DNA from: Camelus dromedarius
Taxonomy: Eukaryota
Reading direction: 5' to 3'
Length of the DNA stretch: 64,000 bases
Assembly: GCF_036321535.1 (NCBI RefSeq)
Contig: NC_087447.1
Span: 45,696,001-45,760,000 of the forward strand
Shown: positions 27,523 to 41,274 of the stretch, piece after piece
Numbering within the stretch: position 1 is the first letter of the stretch
Layout of the letters: every line of letters begins with the position of its first letter
The notes under the pieces: model-generated
What the model was told of the DNA's origin: nothing
Database searches by the model: none
What the model saw: the letters and a program-made list of their open reading frames with translations, nothing else
Translations under genes and position numbers: made by a program

Positions 27523-29485
27523 CTTTACAAGATTTGTGATTCTCCAGATCATCAGCAAAGATTAGGGTTTTATTAAACAGAGAATGTTGAAAATGAATCA
27601 GCATTACCTTGAAGTGGAAGACCTTTCAGCTAAATCTTGGATTCATATAGGCTAGAAAGCTTTGTAAGTGTATTCATTTCAGTGAGCAATAGCAAATATA
27701 GAAGATACATAGGAATAATTTCTGTTTTAATAACATCTAATTTATCTTCTATTGTTATGTGTATCAGGCTTTTTTATGTCATAGCTAAGAAATTTATTGC
27801 CTAGCTTTGGGTTATGAAGAGTTTTCTCCCATAAATTTTTCTAAAACTATGTTGCATAAGGTATGGAATTTAGGTTGAGTTTCATCTGTGATACAGAGAT
27901 AATAATCCATAATTCATGATTATGAATTTGAGTCTTAAATAAGATAATGTACATTAATCCATTAATAATTTTGAACATAATTGAATCTATTTCCCCTTTA
28001 TGTAACAAAGTTTTCTAATGTCTACTTTACCTTCTGAATCAAATATAGTAAGTTAAAAAAAAAAAGTAATACCCAAATAGTCATATAAATGTAAAAATAG
28101 CAGCATATATACTTGTGCATGATGATACTAGGTGACACAATAAAGTTGTCAGGTTCTTACACCTATACATAGATTCACCATAAATACGAAGTTTATAAAT
28201 ACCAATGAATCGGTGTATTTTACTGATTACTCAAATGCCATGAGAAATGTTATTATTGCTGTTAGTGATGTAATTTTCAAAAATGTTAATAATTTCTGGT
28301 AATTATCTTAACATACATTTCTAAAATATCTGGTGTATGTTTGCATGTTAAAACTATAGAAAGATAATTTCGGATTATTAGTAAAGCAAAATGAATAATC
28401 TTAACTCACAATAGTAAATACAAACAAAGTGAAATTCTACATTCAGAACATTACAGCTTTTGTTTTTTTCTTAACTACACAATGTCCAGTTGCATATCTG
28501 AAATTCCTCTCATACACAGAGCATTTTGTGGCAGGTGGGGAGGTTGGGAGGAATTATTTTATCTATTGCAGGAGGTTTCTTTATGGTTTATAGTCACTAA
28601 ATCCAGCAATGCCTACAAAATGCTATCACAATAATAACAAAAACATAACAAAAATTTTCTAAGATGCCCCCCTAAAGATCAGCATCACCTCCATTAGGAA
28701 ATACTGGTAGAATTATAGTGCTGATCATAGTATCTTACTCATAGTAAGCATATCATAAATGTCAGCCACTCTCATCGTTTCTATTACTATTGAAAATAAA
28801 GTGAGTAAAGTATAATAAGAGAATGCCAAATAACAGGCATTTTTGTCATCTTACTTATTGTTAGGTTTTAAGTAAAATATTTTCTTTTTAAATAATGGGG
28901 AGAAAATCCACATCCTCTAACAAGTTGTACTCAAGTAGGGAGCTTTTGACATGATGGGAAACTCAACTGATTACATTCCAAATGTGAGTCTGAATAACTC
29001 AATACCAAACTAAAATATAAACCCATGGAATTAGTTGAAGTAGTTGAAATGCCATGTTCTCTGTGCCATCAGACATTTGACTTCTCTATATCCATATACT
29101 TGTTTTAAGGCTACAGTGGATAGCTCTGTGCTTGAGAAGAGCAGTTCTAGAAAATACTTTTGACCTTTGCGCCTGAGTCTCAAAGGTTTTTTATCATGCT
29201 TGGGAATGATGCAGTTAAGAAATTTAACTCTCACCTTTGCAAATGGAGGGTGTGATATATAAGATCCCTTTTAGACTGTCTAGTATGCTTTACAAATAAT
29301 GACACCACAAATCTTTTAGGCACACATTATTGCCTATTTCTAGTTTTATTGTATTAACAAATTCTTGTTGTTACTTTATTTTCTCCCATTTTTGACCATG
29401 AAATTCAAGATGCTGGTAAAGATTAGCTCTCAGGTATAAATGATGATGTTACCATTATAAACTATATTCCTTATTAAAAGCATTG

Positions 29486-29670
29486 TCCTCATAAAAGAGC
29501 TTAAGAATTATCAATTTTATGCCTAACTCTGATATTTAAGCTGACATCCTCATAAAAGAGCTTAAGAATTATCAATTTTATGCCTAACTCTGATATTTAA
29601 GCTGACATCCTCATAAAAGAGCTTAAGAATTAACAATTTTATGCCTAACTCTGATATTTAAGCTGACATC
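29486..29670. repeat. Tandem triplication of a 61-bp unit
   Basis: Units start 29486, 29547, 29608; first two identical, third differs by one base. Confidence 0.97.
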
Positions 29671-29918
29671 TCTGAGCAATTATGTTCTAGGATTAAGACT
29701 GTTGGAAATAATATGAAGCTATGTATATATCACAGGGAATTCTGACATGATAATACATTTTGGAGGAAGTCTACAAGATATCTGTGAAGCAACCTATCTT
29801 AAGAAAAGATCATGGGAATGTAAGGAAGTTCCTTACATCTGTGAGTCAAGATGTTCCACCTCAGAATCCTTAACATGGACAAATTGAAGTTTGACATAAT
29901 TAGGGATATAGACATCAT

Positions 29919-29952
<34 letters not shown>

Positions 29953-30510
29953 CCTGCATGACTTGAGAATGTTTATCTGAAAGAAGAGAGAAGACTAAGA
30001 GGAAGCCATACAGATGTCTTCAAGTATTTGAAAGACTATGATAAAGCAAATATACCTTTTTCTGTATGGCAACCAAAAGAAGCCACTGTATCTTTAAGTT
30101 GATGTTAAAAGGGAAGGTTTCAATTAAAAAAAAAAAGAAAAAAAATAGAAATTTAACATTCAAATAAAATTCCAGAACTTCCCATTATATACTTAGATGT
30201 ATCAAACGCAAATCTCAATTTGAATCCACAAGGGGAGGAAGAGAAGTGGGTAGGAGTCTTAAACGACACCAGCATTGGTGACAGAATCTCTCTGCTCCTT
30301 CTGTGTGGTCAGACTAAGTTTGTCAGGACACAGTACAGAGACCTCTATCTGTGTGGTTAATCTCTCACTTAGTTCAAAATTTGAATGTCACTGGGAAGTT
30401 ATTTATGCCAAATTATTTTATAAATCTAATATAAGTCAGATTGATCCCTGATTGTTCCATTATTCACCATTTCAGTTGACTTTCAACATTTATACATACT
30501 CAATTTTTGT

Positions 30511-30550
30511 GGTCCTAGGTTCAATTCCCAGTACTTCCATTAAAAAATAA
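30511..30550 (+). mobile_element. 5'-truncated fragment of the tRNA-Ala-derived SINE
   Basis: ggtcctaggttcaattcccagtacttccattaaaaaataa matches the 3' half of 36366-36486. Confidence 0.6.
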
Positions 30551-30962
30551 ATGTCTTTAAAATTCATACATCATTTTAATCTAAGTAAGGAAAACAGAAT
30601 AGTATTTATTTTTTTACTATAATTCATCACTGGCCTATTATACTGTAAACACTATTTAAATATATCCACATGGAACACATAGAAACACATGAGCGACAGT
30701 ATCAGATCTAGCCCTGAAGCTCTCCATCCTTAAGTGCCCTCAGTTTTTGGTTGCGAACTTTATATTCAGAACTTTTAAAAATATCTTTTCAGAGTTGAAT
30801 AATTAATTTGGTTCCTTGTGCTACCTTCGACCTAAATGCCTGGATGCTGTCTTTACTTATTTCTTTAATTCCATGCATTGTAAAAATGGGCCAGTGGACA
30901 GGATTTACTCTCTCAGGCTTAATTTCCAAAAAAGCACTGTAAATAATAACCCTTTCTGGAAG

Positions 30963-31155
30963 AAGGATTTCCAGATGAAATACAGGATACTGAATTAAAT
31001 TAGAATTTCAAATAAATATAAAATATATTTAGATAATAATAACATGAAATATGCTGATACATTTATGCTAAAATATTATTTTTTAAAAGCTGTTTATTTT
31101 AACTTCAGATTTCACTATGCATTCAATATTTTATTTGCAAAAGCTATCAACTCTA
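30963..31155. mobile_element. MER53-like palindromic hAT DNA transposon relic
   Basis: ccagatgaaatacaggatactgaattaaattagaatttcaaataaa ... tgtttattttaacttcagatttcact...attttatttgcaaaagctatcaactcta; imperfect inverted arms resembling recalled MER53 consensus. Confidence 0.65.
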
Positions 31156-31456
31156 CTAGGAGGCAATTTTGGACAATAATTCCCCAAGGAACACATTTGG
31201 TTGCTCCTCATTGTCTCATCCAGGGACCAGTGGCCAGAGGAGAGACCTGACACCACTCTTCCAAATCTAGTTCATCAAGAGAAATAGAAAGATCAGTATA
31301 CTATAGATGCCCTTGAGTTTTCACAACTGGATCCCCTTCTCCCAGTTTAACCGCCCAGGCCTTTCAGTGGCTTAGAGATTGTTCAGCTAATGGGAAATAG
31401 AATAGAGCCCTGTCCTCAATCCCAAGATTTTGGCCTATTCTGCTCTCTGAGAAGCA

Positions 31457-31971
31457 TGTTGGCTGAAATAAAATGCACTACCTATAAGTTAAGAGTTATG
31501 TTTTATTTGGTGGACTTTCTGAGGACTCGGACCTAGGAGGCAGCTTCTCAGATTGCTCTAAGAGACTGTTCTGCCCAGACAAGAGAGAAACCAGGCTATA
31601 CAGGAGTTTTTGCAACAAAGATCAGGTAGTCAGAACATCAAAAGGTTACTGTTAATTAAAGAAAACCAGAAATCTCAAGTTAAGGAATTTAATGGTTTTC
31701 TTTGTATGGGAAGGTACAAAGGTCTGGGCTCACTGAAATCATTCCTTTGTTATGCACCTTAGCTATGAGGGACAGTATCCTGTTCTTTCCTGTTCTGAGT
31801 TCCCTCAGGGTGCACCGCTGGGGGTGGCAGCAGAGGCAAGCCTCCCTGCTTGTTCACATCCTGAGTTTCCTCCACTCACTGTCGGTGGTGGTGGGGTGAG
31901 TAATAGCTGATGACTTGATGGCCACAGCATCCTTTGTTTACTGATATGGCTGGTAATATTTTTCATTCACA
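31457..31971 (-). mobile_element. Solo LTR, ERV1-like
   Basis: TG...CA bounded 515-bp block (tgttggctg...cattcaca), minus-strand AATAAA near 31502, higher GC than flanks; TSD not clean. Confidence 0.65.
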
Positions 31972-33518
31972 GCCAGATACTTCAAGGTCAGTTAGTAGGC
32001 CCAAATTTTAATATAATCTAGAAAAAGTTGCCAGAAGCCAATTACAAGATCTGCCAGAAGCCAATTACAAGCATACCTTGGTTAATTCATTCCTAAAACT
32101 CCTGCTGCTAAATGAAAAGCTGTTTAATGGGGGGAAAAAAAGTTATTTTCAGTAATTAAAATTATGATGTATTCCATCCCAATCAAAGATACCTAAGTGG
32201 TTTTCCATAGATTAAAAAATAAGTTAAAAATGATAATTTGACAGTAAACAAATACAGTTTATATACAAAATTGTATAATATTTTCCAAACTATTTCATTG
32301 TAAGTTGTTGGTAGAGGAGCAGTGAGGTACATTGCTCAAATTTTCATGCTAATGGATAAAGCAGGTCAGTTAACAGTCATTCTCCCATAAAAACAAAGAG
32401 TATTAGGACCACCACAACTCCCATCATCGTTAGTCACCACTACCACTTATTAACATGGTTAATAAATGTTATTCTTTTTATTTAACACTATAACCATATG
32501 AACTTATTTGTTTCGTATAGACACCATGATATATGTACTGTTAGTATCCATATTTTAGAGTTTATAAAATTCCAGATTGTAGAGCTTAAATTACACTAAA
32601 AAGATTGCACTATCAATAAGTGTCAGAACCAAGCCTGAAATCTCCTGCACAGCATGGGGTCCCAAGGATGCTCTTGCTGGAGTTCACAGCAAAAGGAAAA
32701 AGAAAAAGAAAAAACTCTTTGTCCATAGCTCTATCCATTTAGAATCTTTAGCCATTTAGTTTCCCAGAGCAACAGCAGAAGACCTAAGAGCTTTTCATTC
32801 GAAGTGTTTTAGGTTATTTTAGTGATCTCAAAGATATATAAATATGTGTGCATATCTGTTTACATATAAATACATCTATTTATTTAGGTGTTTTTAAAAA
32901 AGAAAAGAAGTAATAGGATATGGATTCCTGATATTTAACTACTTTTATCTTACAATTTGCCTTCTATGGAATAGACTCCTGACATTAATGACTGTGCTTT
33001 ACTTGCACTTTACAGATCAGATAAGGGCTTTTAAATGATACTCACTGAGAAAAGGAGACAAGGACATTTGTCTGTGAGAAGGGAAAATCAGATCCTGGGA
33101 TAAAATATGTTATGTAACATTGTAGTTTTTTTTTTTTCCTTTTTCCTGCCATCCAAGTTAACATATTAAACCCCTCAATTCTAAATGTCTTATTTTGGGA
33201 CATCCTCAGTTACTCTGTTTGATTTGGGCAAATCACATAGCTGTCAGTATTAGTGATATTTTGACGGGTTAATGTAAACAGCATATGTAAAATAAGCAAT
33301 ACTGTTAAAGGTCCAGGAAAGTCTGTCACTGGAGATTGGTCAGAAAACATTAATGATGAAATATATGACAGAAAAAAGAGCAAATGACTCATCATATTTC
33401 CTGTTTTGATTCATGTCTATTAGAACATCTCCTTCATTGATCATCAGTGATTGTCAGTGCTAATTTCACAGATTTTTTCCCAAGGGTATGAATCAATTAA
33501 AAAGTCATAGGGGATTTA

Positions 33519-33573
33519 TACTGTACACCAGAAATGGACACAACATTGTAAACTGACTATAACTCAATTTAAA
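33519..33573 (+). mobile_element. 55-bp LINE-1 3' tip with 20-bp TSD
   Basis: TSD aaaaagtcataggggattta at 33499-33518 and 33574-33593; insert matches L1 terminus at about 3600-3650. Confidence 0.9.
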
Positions 33574-34261
33574 AAAAAGTCATAGGGGATTTAATTACAC
33601 TGCTTGACATTGCTTTTAGTTCTTTTATGTCTGTTTGGAAATGGAAATCCCAGGCGTATATTTGAAAGGCAGTATTTAAATAGCAACAATAATAATGAAT
33701 ATAAAATGACTTTTCAAATTTGCTAAATAGCACATGGGAGATTTCATTCTATGTATTTTTAATTTTAATATTACAAAATTCCTGAAAAGTAGATAATATT
33801 ATCCTCCTTTTTAAGATAAGTAAGTAACATCAAATAAGCTGATGCAACTTAGGCAAAGTCTTCTTTTAGAAGCCTTTGAGGCAGGTATTGCGTAGATAAT
33901 ATTTTATAATTGCCTCACACCGTATTAGCTCATAATTCTAGTGTTGAAGAATGTGAGGCTATGGAAAGTTTAATCAATTTCAACTGTGAAGACAAATGTT
34001 TTCCCTATATAATCTGTATGTGTTTAGTCCCATAGAAGTGCAATTAAACATTCACCATTATGACCCTAATACCCACACGCTTTTAAATTATTGGTTCCTG
34101 AGGTTAGTCCTCTAGTGACTACAAAACTTTGGAGGATGTCATCTGCTCAATTAGTGAGAATCCTCTAAAAGAAAGAGAGATACTCTCACTCATGATCATT
34201 GACAGCTATACTCATGAGGCATTAGTTTTGTATAACCCTCTGGAAGAGCTTTGGGTAAAGG

Positions 34262-34440
34262 TACAAAAAGTGTGTTCATGTGGGTTCCTCCACTGTAACA
34301 AATGTACAACTCTGACTAGGGATGTTGACAATGAGGGAGGCTTTGTGTGGGGAGAGTTAAGGGGTATGTGGAAAATTTCCATACCTTCCACCTAATTTTA
34401 CTGTGGACTTAAAACTGCTGTATATAAATGGAATTTTAAA
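34262..34440 (+). mobile_element. L1MC-like 3' end fragment
   Basis: tgtaacaaatgtacaactctgactagggatgttgacaatgagggagg...taaaactgct; homologous to 41275-41600. Confidence 0.65.
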
Positions 34441-34459
34441 AAAACAACTTAGAGTGAAA

Positions 34460-36280
34460 ATTTAAAGTTAGGAAATTGTCATTTTCCTTTCCAGAGTGTT
34501 TTTGGTATTTATATTTCCAACAGCAATATATAAGAGTACCTACTGCTCCACCTCCTCACCAACACTTGTGATAAGCAGTCTTTTTTTTTAAGTTTTTGGA
34601 CATCGTAATAGTGTGTTGTTTTATCTCATGAGATTTTAATTTACATTTCCTAACTACTAATGGCAATAATAATGACTCGTGTTTGTGTTCAATTTTTATA
34701 TATCTTTTGGTGAAAAAGTCATTAAAATATTTTGCTCACTTCTATTGAATGGTTAGATTTTTCTGACCTAATTTTGAAAGTCTTTTATGTATACTACATG
34801 CAGATCCATTACCACAGTTACTCTACAGCATTTTCTTGCAGTTTCAACTTGTTATTTCATTCTTTTAACAGTGCTTTAGAAGAGCAGAAGCTCTTAAATT
34901 ATATGAAATCAGTTTATTATTTTAAAAATGTATTTGGTTATGAATCTTTAACATAATTTTTCCTAGTAGATTTATAATTTAGTTTTATGATCCATTTTTA
35001 CTCCATTTTTTTTTTTGTGTAGAAATGCAAGGTATAGATTGAGGTGCATACATTTGTATATCATTATACAATTGTTTCAAATCTATCTATTCTACATTGA
35101 ATTGCCTTAGCTTTTTGTTGAAAAGCAAGTAACCCTATATATGTGTAGGTCTATATTTGGGCTTCTTCTCCTGGGATAATGATCAAATTTTGCATGTTAT
35201 GCCACTAGAACACTGTCTTTATGAGTGTATATTCCTCAACTTTGTTATATTATTTTTCAAAGTTGTTTTGGTTATTTTAGTTTTTCACATGTTGGCATAA
35301 ATTTTAAGTCAGCTTTTCAATTACGACCAAAAAAATGGCCTCCTGGAAATGATAGGAATATGATTAAATATACATATCAACTTGGAGAGAATAGATATAG
35401 CCACAATATCAAGACTGAATACATGACAATTGTGTATCTCTCCATTTGTGTATGTCTTTGTTAATCTCTCTCAGCAATGATTATTAGTTTTCTCTATGCA
35501 GGTCATATATATGTATTCTTTAAATATTTTACTTTTAAGCTATGTAATAATATGTTTATTTCATTTTAATGGGATATCATTAATATAAGAAATCCAAATG
35601 TTTGTATAGTGAGTGACTCTGTATCCTCTAAACTTGATAAACTCATATATTAGTTCTAATAGTTTTGTAGGTTACATAAGATTTTTCTGCATGGACAGAT
35701 CATTTCATCAGTAAGTAGAGTTTATTTTTTCTTTCCAAAATCAATGATATTTTTTATCTCCTTTGTTTGCCTTAATGTATTTACTAGAACCACTAGTACA
35801 ATAGTGAAAAGACATGATAAGAGAAGAGAGCCTTGCATTTTTTCTGGCAATGGAGAGAAATTATTGAGTTTTTCATTATTAAGTGTAATTTAAACTTACA
35901 TTTTTTAATGGATTTCCTTTACCGGTTGGAGAAGTTTCCTTCTCTCCTAGTTCTCCGAAATGTTTATCAAGAATTCAGGAAGGGTTTTGTGAAATGCTTT
36001 TCCTGCATTTATTAACATGATCATATGTTACTACTTTTGTTTGAAAGCATGGTGAAATATGTTGATTGATGTTCAAATACAAAAGTTATCCTTGCATTTG
36101 TGAGATGAATGCTACTTGGTCATGATATATGGTCATGTTACATATCACTGAATTCTATTTGCATAATTTTTGTTGTTAATTTTTACAGCTGAATTTATGA
36201 AGAAATTTGATAACTAATTTTATTTTCATGAATACCATCTCTGTTTTGGTATGATTGTAGACCTTGCAAAATAGAATGAG
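34460..36280 (-). mobile_element. Ancient, highly degenerate LINE-1 ORF2 fragment
   Basis: Antisense L1M-like text (ttccaacagcaatatataagagtacctactgctccacctcctcaccaacactt; gttggagaagtttccttct). Confidence 0.65.
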
Positions 36281-36365
36281 TTTTACTCTTTCAGAGACAG
36301 AACTGAGGGATAAATAACACACAGATTGCCATAACCCTTTGGGTGAAATTGAAAAGTATCACCTA

Positions 36366-36486
36366 TGGAGGGAGGGTATAGCTAAGTGGTAGAGTGTGTG
36401 CTTAGCATGCACTAGGTCCTGAGTTCAATCCCCAGTACCTCCATTAAATAAATAAATAAACCTAATTACTGCCCCTTCCCCCCAAA
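36366..36486 (+). mobile_element. Full-length tRNA-Ala-derived SINE (camelid vic-1-like) with TSD
   Basis: A box tagctaagtgg, B box gagttcaatcc, ttagcat anticodon-loop-like segment, (TAAA)n and A tail; 14-bp TSD aaaagtatcaccta at 36352-36365 and 36487-36500. Confidence 0.9.
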
Positions 36487-36919
36487 AAAAGTATCACCTA
36501 GATCAAAGTAATACTGGTAAACCAAGAGGTAGCTGAAGAACAGACTGCAACATATTGATGGATGAATCAAAACGTAAAGAATTTCATACCACCAGAATCT
36601 TCTATTTTATCAAGCCTGTACATAAATTTTACTACTGACATGGAGAACAACACTGTCCTCACATATTCAAGAATTTCATTACATTCTTTACCTAGTCCCA
36701 CAATCTTCTTTCACTTTCTGTGAGAAAAAACAATATAATGTATTTGAAGTCGAAATGGAGATTACATGAAGGCACTGTTGAGTGTGAGTTTAGGAGACTC
36801 TAATAAAGGCTAAAATAATGCCTTAGTGGCCTTTATGTAATCTCAATTTTGGATGCCCTGGGAGATGTACAAGATGAAGGTTAGCTTACAAGAATTTATC
36901 AACTACTGAATACATTGAG

Positions 36920-37859
36920 TCACTCTTTCTTTCCAAATATTCTCACAACTTGGTCCCGAATTTGCTTTGTCCTGACCCCATAAATGACTGGATTTAAACA
37001 AGGAGGAACAACCACATATAGATTGGCCAGGAGGATATGAATGTAGCGAGGAATATTTCTTCCAAAACGGTGGGTCATAAAGGAAAAAAATGCTGGTGTG
37101 TAAAAAGCTAAGATAACACAGACATGTGAACCACATGTGCTAAGGGCTTTGAGTCTGGCATCCTTGGAAGGAAGGTGGAAAACAGCTTGTAGGATCTGAA
37201 CATAGGAGAGGGCAATAAGGATCAAGTCAAAGATCAGGGCAGCAATGGTAAATAAGCCATAGATGATGCTGACTCTTATGTTAGCACAGGCAAGACGGGC
37301 AATTCCCATATGCTCACAGTAGGTGTGAGGAATAATGTAGTGTCCACAGAAGGGCAATCTTTTAAGAAGAGGACAGAAAGGCATGACAAGGAGGACTGGC
37401 CTCCCCAGTACAACAGAGGCCATGATGGCTACCACCTTGTTGGTGAGAATGGTGGTATATCTCAGTGGATAACAGATGGCAACAAAGCGGTCAATTGCCA
37501 TGGCCAGGAGTACAACAGATTCCATACCAGTGTACGTGTGAATAAAGAACATTTGGATGAGGCAGCCTTCAAAGCTTATTTCTCTAATGTTGAGCCAGAA
37601 GATGGCCAGCATTTTGGTTATGGTAGATGTGGAGAGGCCTAGATCAATAAAGGAGAGAAGAGCCAGAAAGTAGAACATGGGTTGATGAAGACTCTGCTCA
37701 GTCTTGATCACAAACAGGATGGTGACATTCCCCATAAGGGCTATCAAGGCAAACAAGAAAGAAAGGGAAAGCAATCCAGATATGGAAGGCTTCCAGACCA
37801 GGTATACCCAGCAGAAGGAAGGCAGAAGGATATGAGGCAGTGTCATTGACAGAGGACAT
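36920..37859 (-). pseudogene. OR52E: Class I olfactory receptor, OR52E-like, with single +1 frameshift in TM1 (308-aa ORF from alternative ATG 37846)
   Basis: Canonical N-terminus [34 protein letters not shown] from ATG 37859 is out of frame with the body (LIALMGNV...LHQPMFYFL...[10 protein letters not shown]...KALSTCGSH...[14 protein letters not shown]); shift at about 37745-37765; span 940 = 3n+1. Confidence 0.88.
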
Positions 37860-38439
37860 CCTGCTGTGGACTCTTGGAAGATACTGTGCTATCTTCTTCA
37901 GTATTTCTAGGGAGACCTGAGGGAATATATGGTGGTTGGTTATCACTATATATAATAACATACAATTAAACTCTTAAGAACATGATGTAAAGGAATTTGA
38001 ACACAATTATCTCTCAGAGATATTCAAATTAGTGCCTATCCCATTTAATATTCCATGGGCTTATGGGAGTTAGAGTCTTTTCTAGTGGTAGTGTTGTGCA
38101 GTGATTCTTGATTATCTTTTAGCTCATTCTTTTGTGAAATGCTTATCTGTGTATGTTACTATCAACTGAAAACCCTTCAAGTAACCAGAACTTGTATAAC
38201 ATTTTCCAGTTAATCTGGCTACCTAGTTGAGCAAGAGAAACTTCCTCAATGTTATTTTAAAAATTATGAGGACTGGAATGGGAAACTTTCCATATAATGG
38301 TAAAGAAAATATCCACTCATGAATCTCATCTGCCTGTCATAGTCCCCTTTCTCTAGATGTTACATTTTCCTTTATTTGCTTTAATTAGACAATGTTTAAT
38401 CTATCTTTTAATCCAACTGTGCTTTTATGCTATTGTTGA

Positions 38440-40085
38440 ATTGATTATTAGTATTTTTCTACTTTTATAGTAAAAAGGTGTGATTCTCCATATAAACAAA
38501 TAATGCAAAGACTGTGATAAACTTAATAGAGGTAGAAAAATAATCATTTAATTAAACATCCATGTGTGATATTTAAAATAGCCTGTCAGCAAAATAGGCA
38601 AAAAATAAAACTTGTTCAACTAACTGAAAGAAATGTATGAAAAACCTCCAGCTAACATCATACCGAATGGTGGAACACTGAAATATTTGTCCCTAGGATT
38701 TGGAATAAGTCAAGAATATCAGCTAGCATCAATTATATTTAATATTTTACTTTACATAGCAAAGTCAGTATATCAAGAATAAAGTATGTAGAACTTTTAA
38801 GAATTTAGAACAAATAATTTAGCTTATAAATTGCTCAAGTATAAGAATACTTTTTATATTTGCTATTAACAATTAGAAATTAAAATTTTAAATTACAATT
38901 CTGTACAATTCACGATGTCACCGACAATGACATAAAAAACATGGAATACTTAGCAATAAACACTTAAAATTATAAAACATGGCAGAAATTAAGAAGACTT
39001 AAAAATTTTTAAACATGTAAAATATATCCATGGTTTAAAAGACTGAGCTTCCCAAATTAGTCAATAAATTTATACTTCAGTGAATACTGAGGAATTTATG
39101 CTTATTCTAAAGTTATAGGAATAGCCTCAATTCATTGGAAAAAGAATGACAAAACTGTGACTTATACTATAGAACTTCAAACTTATAAAACTGTAGTAAT
39201 CAAGGCTTATAGTATTGGGATAGAGATAGACAAGTAGATTGCTAAGATTGGAAAACAAAATTCACAATCCCTTATTTCTGAAAACAAACTTTTGTCAAAG
39301 TCATAAAAAATTATTTACAACAAAAAAAATAAGAAAAACAAACATTAGAAAAAGAACTAAAGAGACCTAAACTGACACTTGGCAAAGGAAAATATATAAA
39401 TGACATTAAAAATTCTCAAAATTATTAGGCATCAGGAATTGTGCATTAAAACTGTAACAACATATTACTAAACAAGCACTAAATTTACATCTAAATTTAA
39501 AAAAAAACACAATAACACCAAATTTTGACAGTGATGTGTAGAAACCGATTCTCTTAAATTACTCAACAATAATTGAACTCCTAGTTGCTTACTCAAGACA
39601 AATGAAAGCATATGGCTACGCAAAGACTTGTACAAGAATTCTCATAGCAGCTTTATCCATAACTACCCCAGAGTGGAAACATCACAACTACTCATAACTA
39701 AATAAATAGACAAATCAGTATTGGAATGTTTACATAATGAAATTCTATGCAGCAACAAAGATGGATTGACTACTTATGAATCTAACAACAACATAGATGA
39801 ATCTAAATCATCAAACTGAATTACCAATTACTACTAAAGAGTCTAACTAATTTCATTTCTATGAAGTTCTAGAGCATACAAAAAAATAGGTGCTGAAAAT
39901 ATTAGTGGTTTCATGGGATTGAAGGAGGTCCGGGACAGACTGGGAAGGAACACAAGAAGATTTTTGAGGTGCTAGAAAAATTCTGTCTTTATTGAGGTGT
40001 AGGCTATAGGCTATAAAGGTATATGCATTTGTCAAAAATGTACAGATAAGATTTGTGAATGTAAACGTGCAAATTTTACCTTAAA
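38440..40085 (+). mobile_element. Ancient LINE-1 (L1ME-like) ORF2/3' UTR fragment
   Basis: aaaacctccagctaacatcataccgaatgg; caaagacttgtacaagaattctcatagcagctttatccataa; A-rich, degenerate. Confidence 0.7.
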
Positions 40086-41274
40086 AAATTAAATCCAGTT
40101 CTGGAGAAAATAAAATGTGTACATTTCTTGAAATTGGATGATAAGAGATTCATGCATATCTATTGTTTGCATATGTATGAAATGACTCATAGTTAAATAG
40201 TATGAATATAAATCTAGTCAAAATAAGTTCCATCTTTAGTATTTTATAGTATAATATACAATATAATTTGATTTAATATAATATTCAATTTTGGAGCTTA
40301 TTTTAGAGATAAAATTATTTGCCTCATTCAGTTACTAGAGGAAGCTAAAAACCCTAAAATCTAACAATATTTCACAATCTCAGTCAAAGAACATAAAATA
40401 AATAACCTGTTATACTTAAATATTCAGTAATGATTTCTGTTGTGAATAGGATTTAGCTTTTATTTCTGATATTTTCTCTCTTAGTCATATTTATCAGCTC
40501 TAAGACCCATGATAACTATGAAATTGTCTTCATGATTATTTGCAACAAGTTCATTGATGATTGAAATTATTGTGAATAATGACAAATTTCATGGAAATTA
40601 CAGTCGCACAGCATGCTAGCTTTATGTCACAAGTTGTGGTATACTATTTTCTCTGAGATTTCTTAAATTTATAATTTACTTTTCATGTAGTACAGTATTT
40701 ACCCTATACCCTACTAAAATTTCTCATATTCCTCAACACATTCAACAAAATTTCGTATTCTATTATTAAAATTTAACACTTATTTCAGGAAGCCAGAAGC
40801 CTAATCAACTAGGAAAGTACCAATTGAGATGGCTTTCAGGATGTATATTTTTCTCCAATTCATGTATATAATGGCTATCTTTCTGATTTATTTGAGTGAC
40901 TATGCTAGCAAAGCATCAGTCGAAGAAAATAATATTTACCAAAAATTGTATTAAATTGCTTTATAAATATTCCCACTCAAATTTCAAAAGAATTCTATGA
41001 GGTAGATGTTATTATCACACCAGATTTACATGCAAACAAAGCTAAGGTTAAGAGAGTCTAAGGAACTTGTCTCAAATAATGCATAAATGTAAGTTGTATG
41101 ATTAGAATTAGATTAGATTAAAAAAAGGTACATGTGTGCTCCTCAGGAATGAAAAGGAAAACATTGACAATTTAGATCATAAATCATCTGGTTTGGAATT
41201 GGTGAGGGTCTTTGGGTGGTCCTAGACTCAAGAAAAGGTGAGATTGGAAGAAAGAAACAAAACGCTAAGAAGAA

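Noticed and set aside
29486..29670. CRISPR-like array
   Set aside because: Direct head-to-tail repeats with no spacers, no cas genes, mammalian context.
32029..32071. Short tandem duplications (23 bp here, 18-bp x3 near 51766-51820, 22 bp at 61603-61644)
   Set aside because: Ordinary replication-slippage products with no sign of function.
36366..36445. tRNA-Ala gene
   Set aside because: Has TSD, A-rich tail, imperfect stems and dispersed degenerate copies: a SINE.
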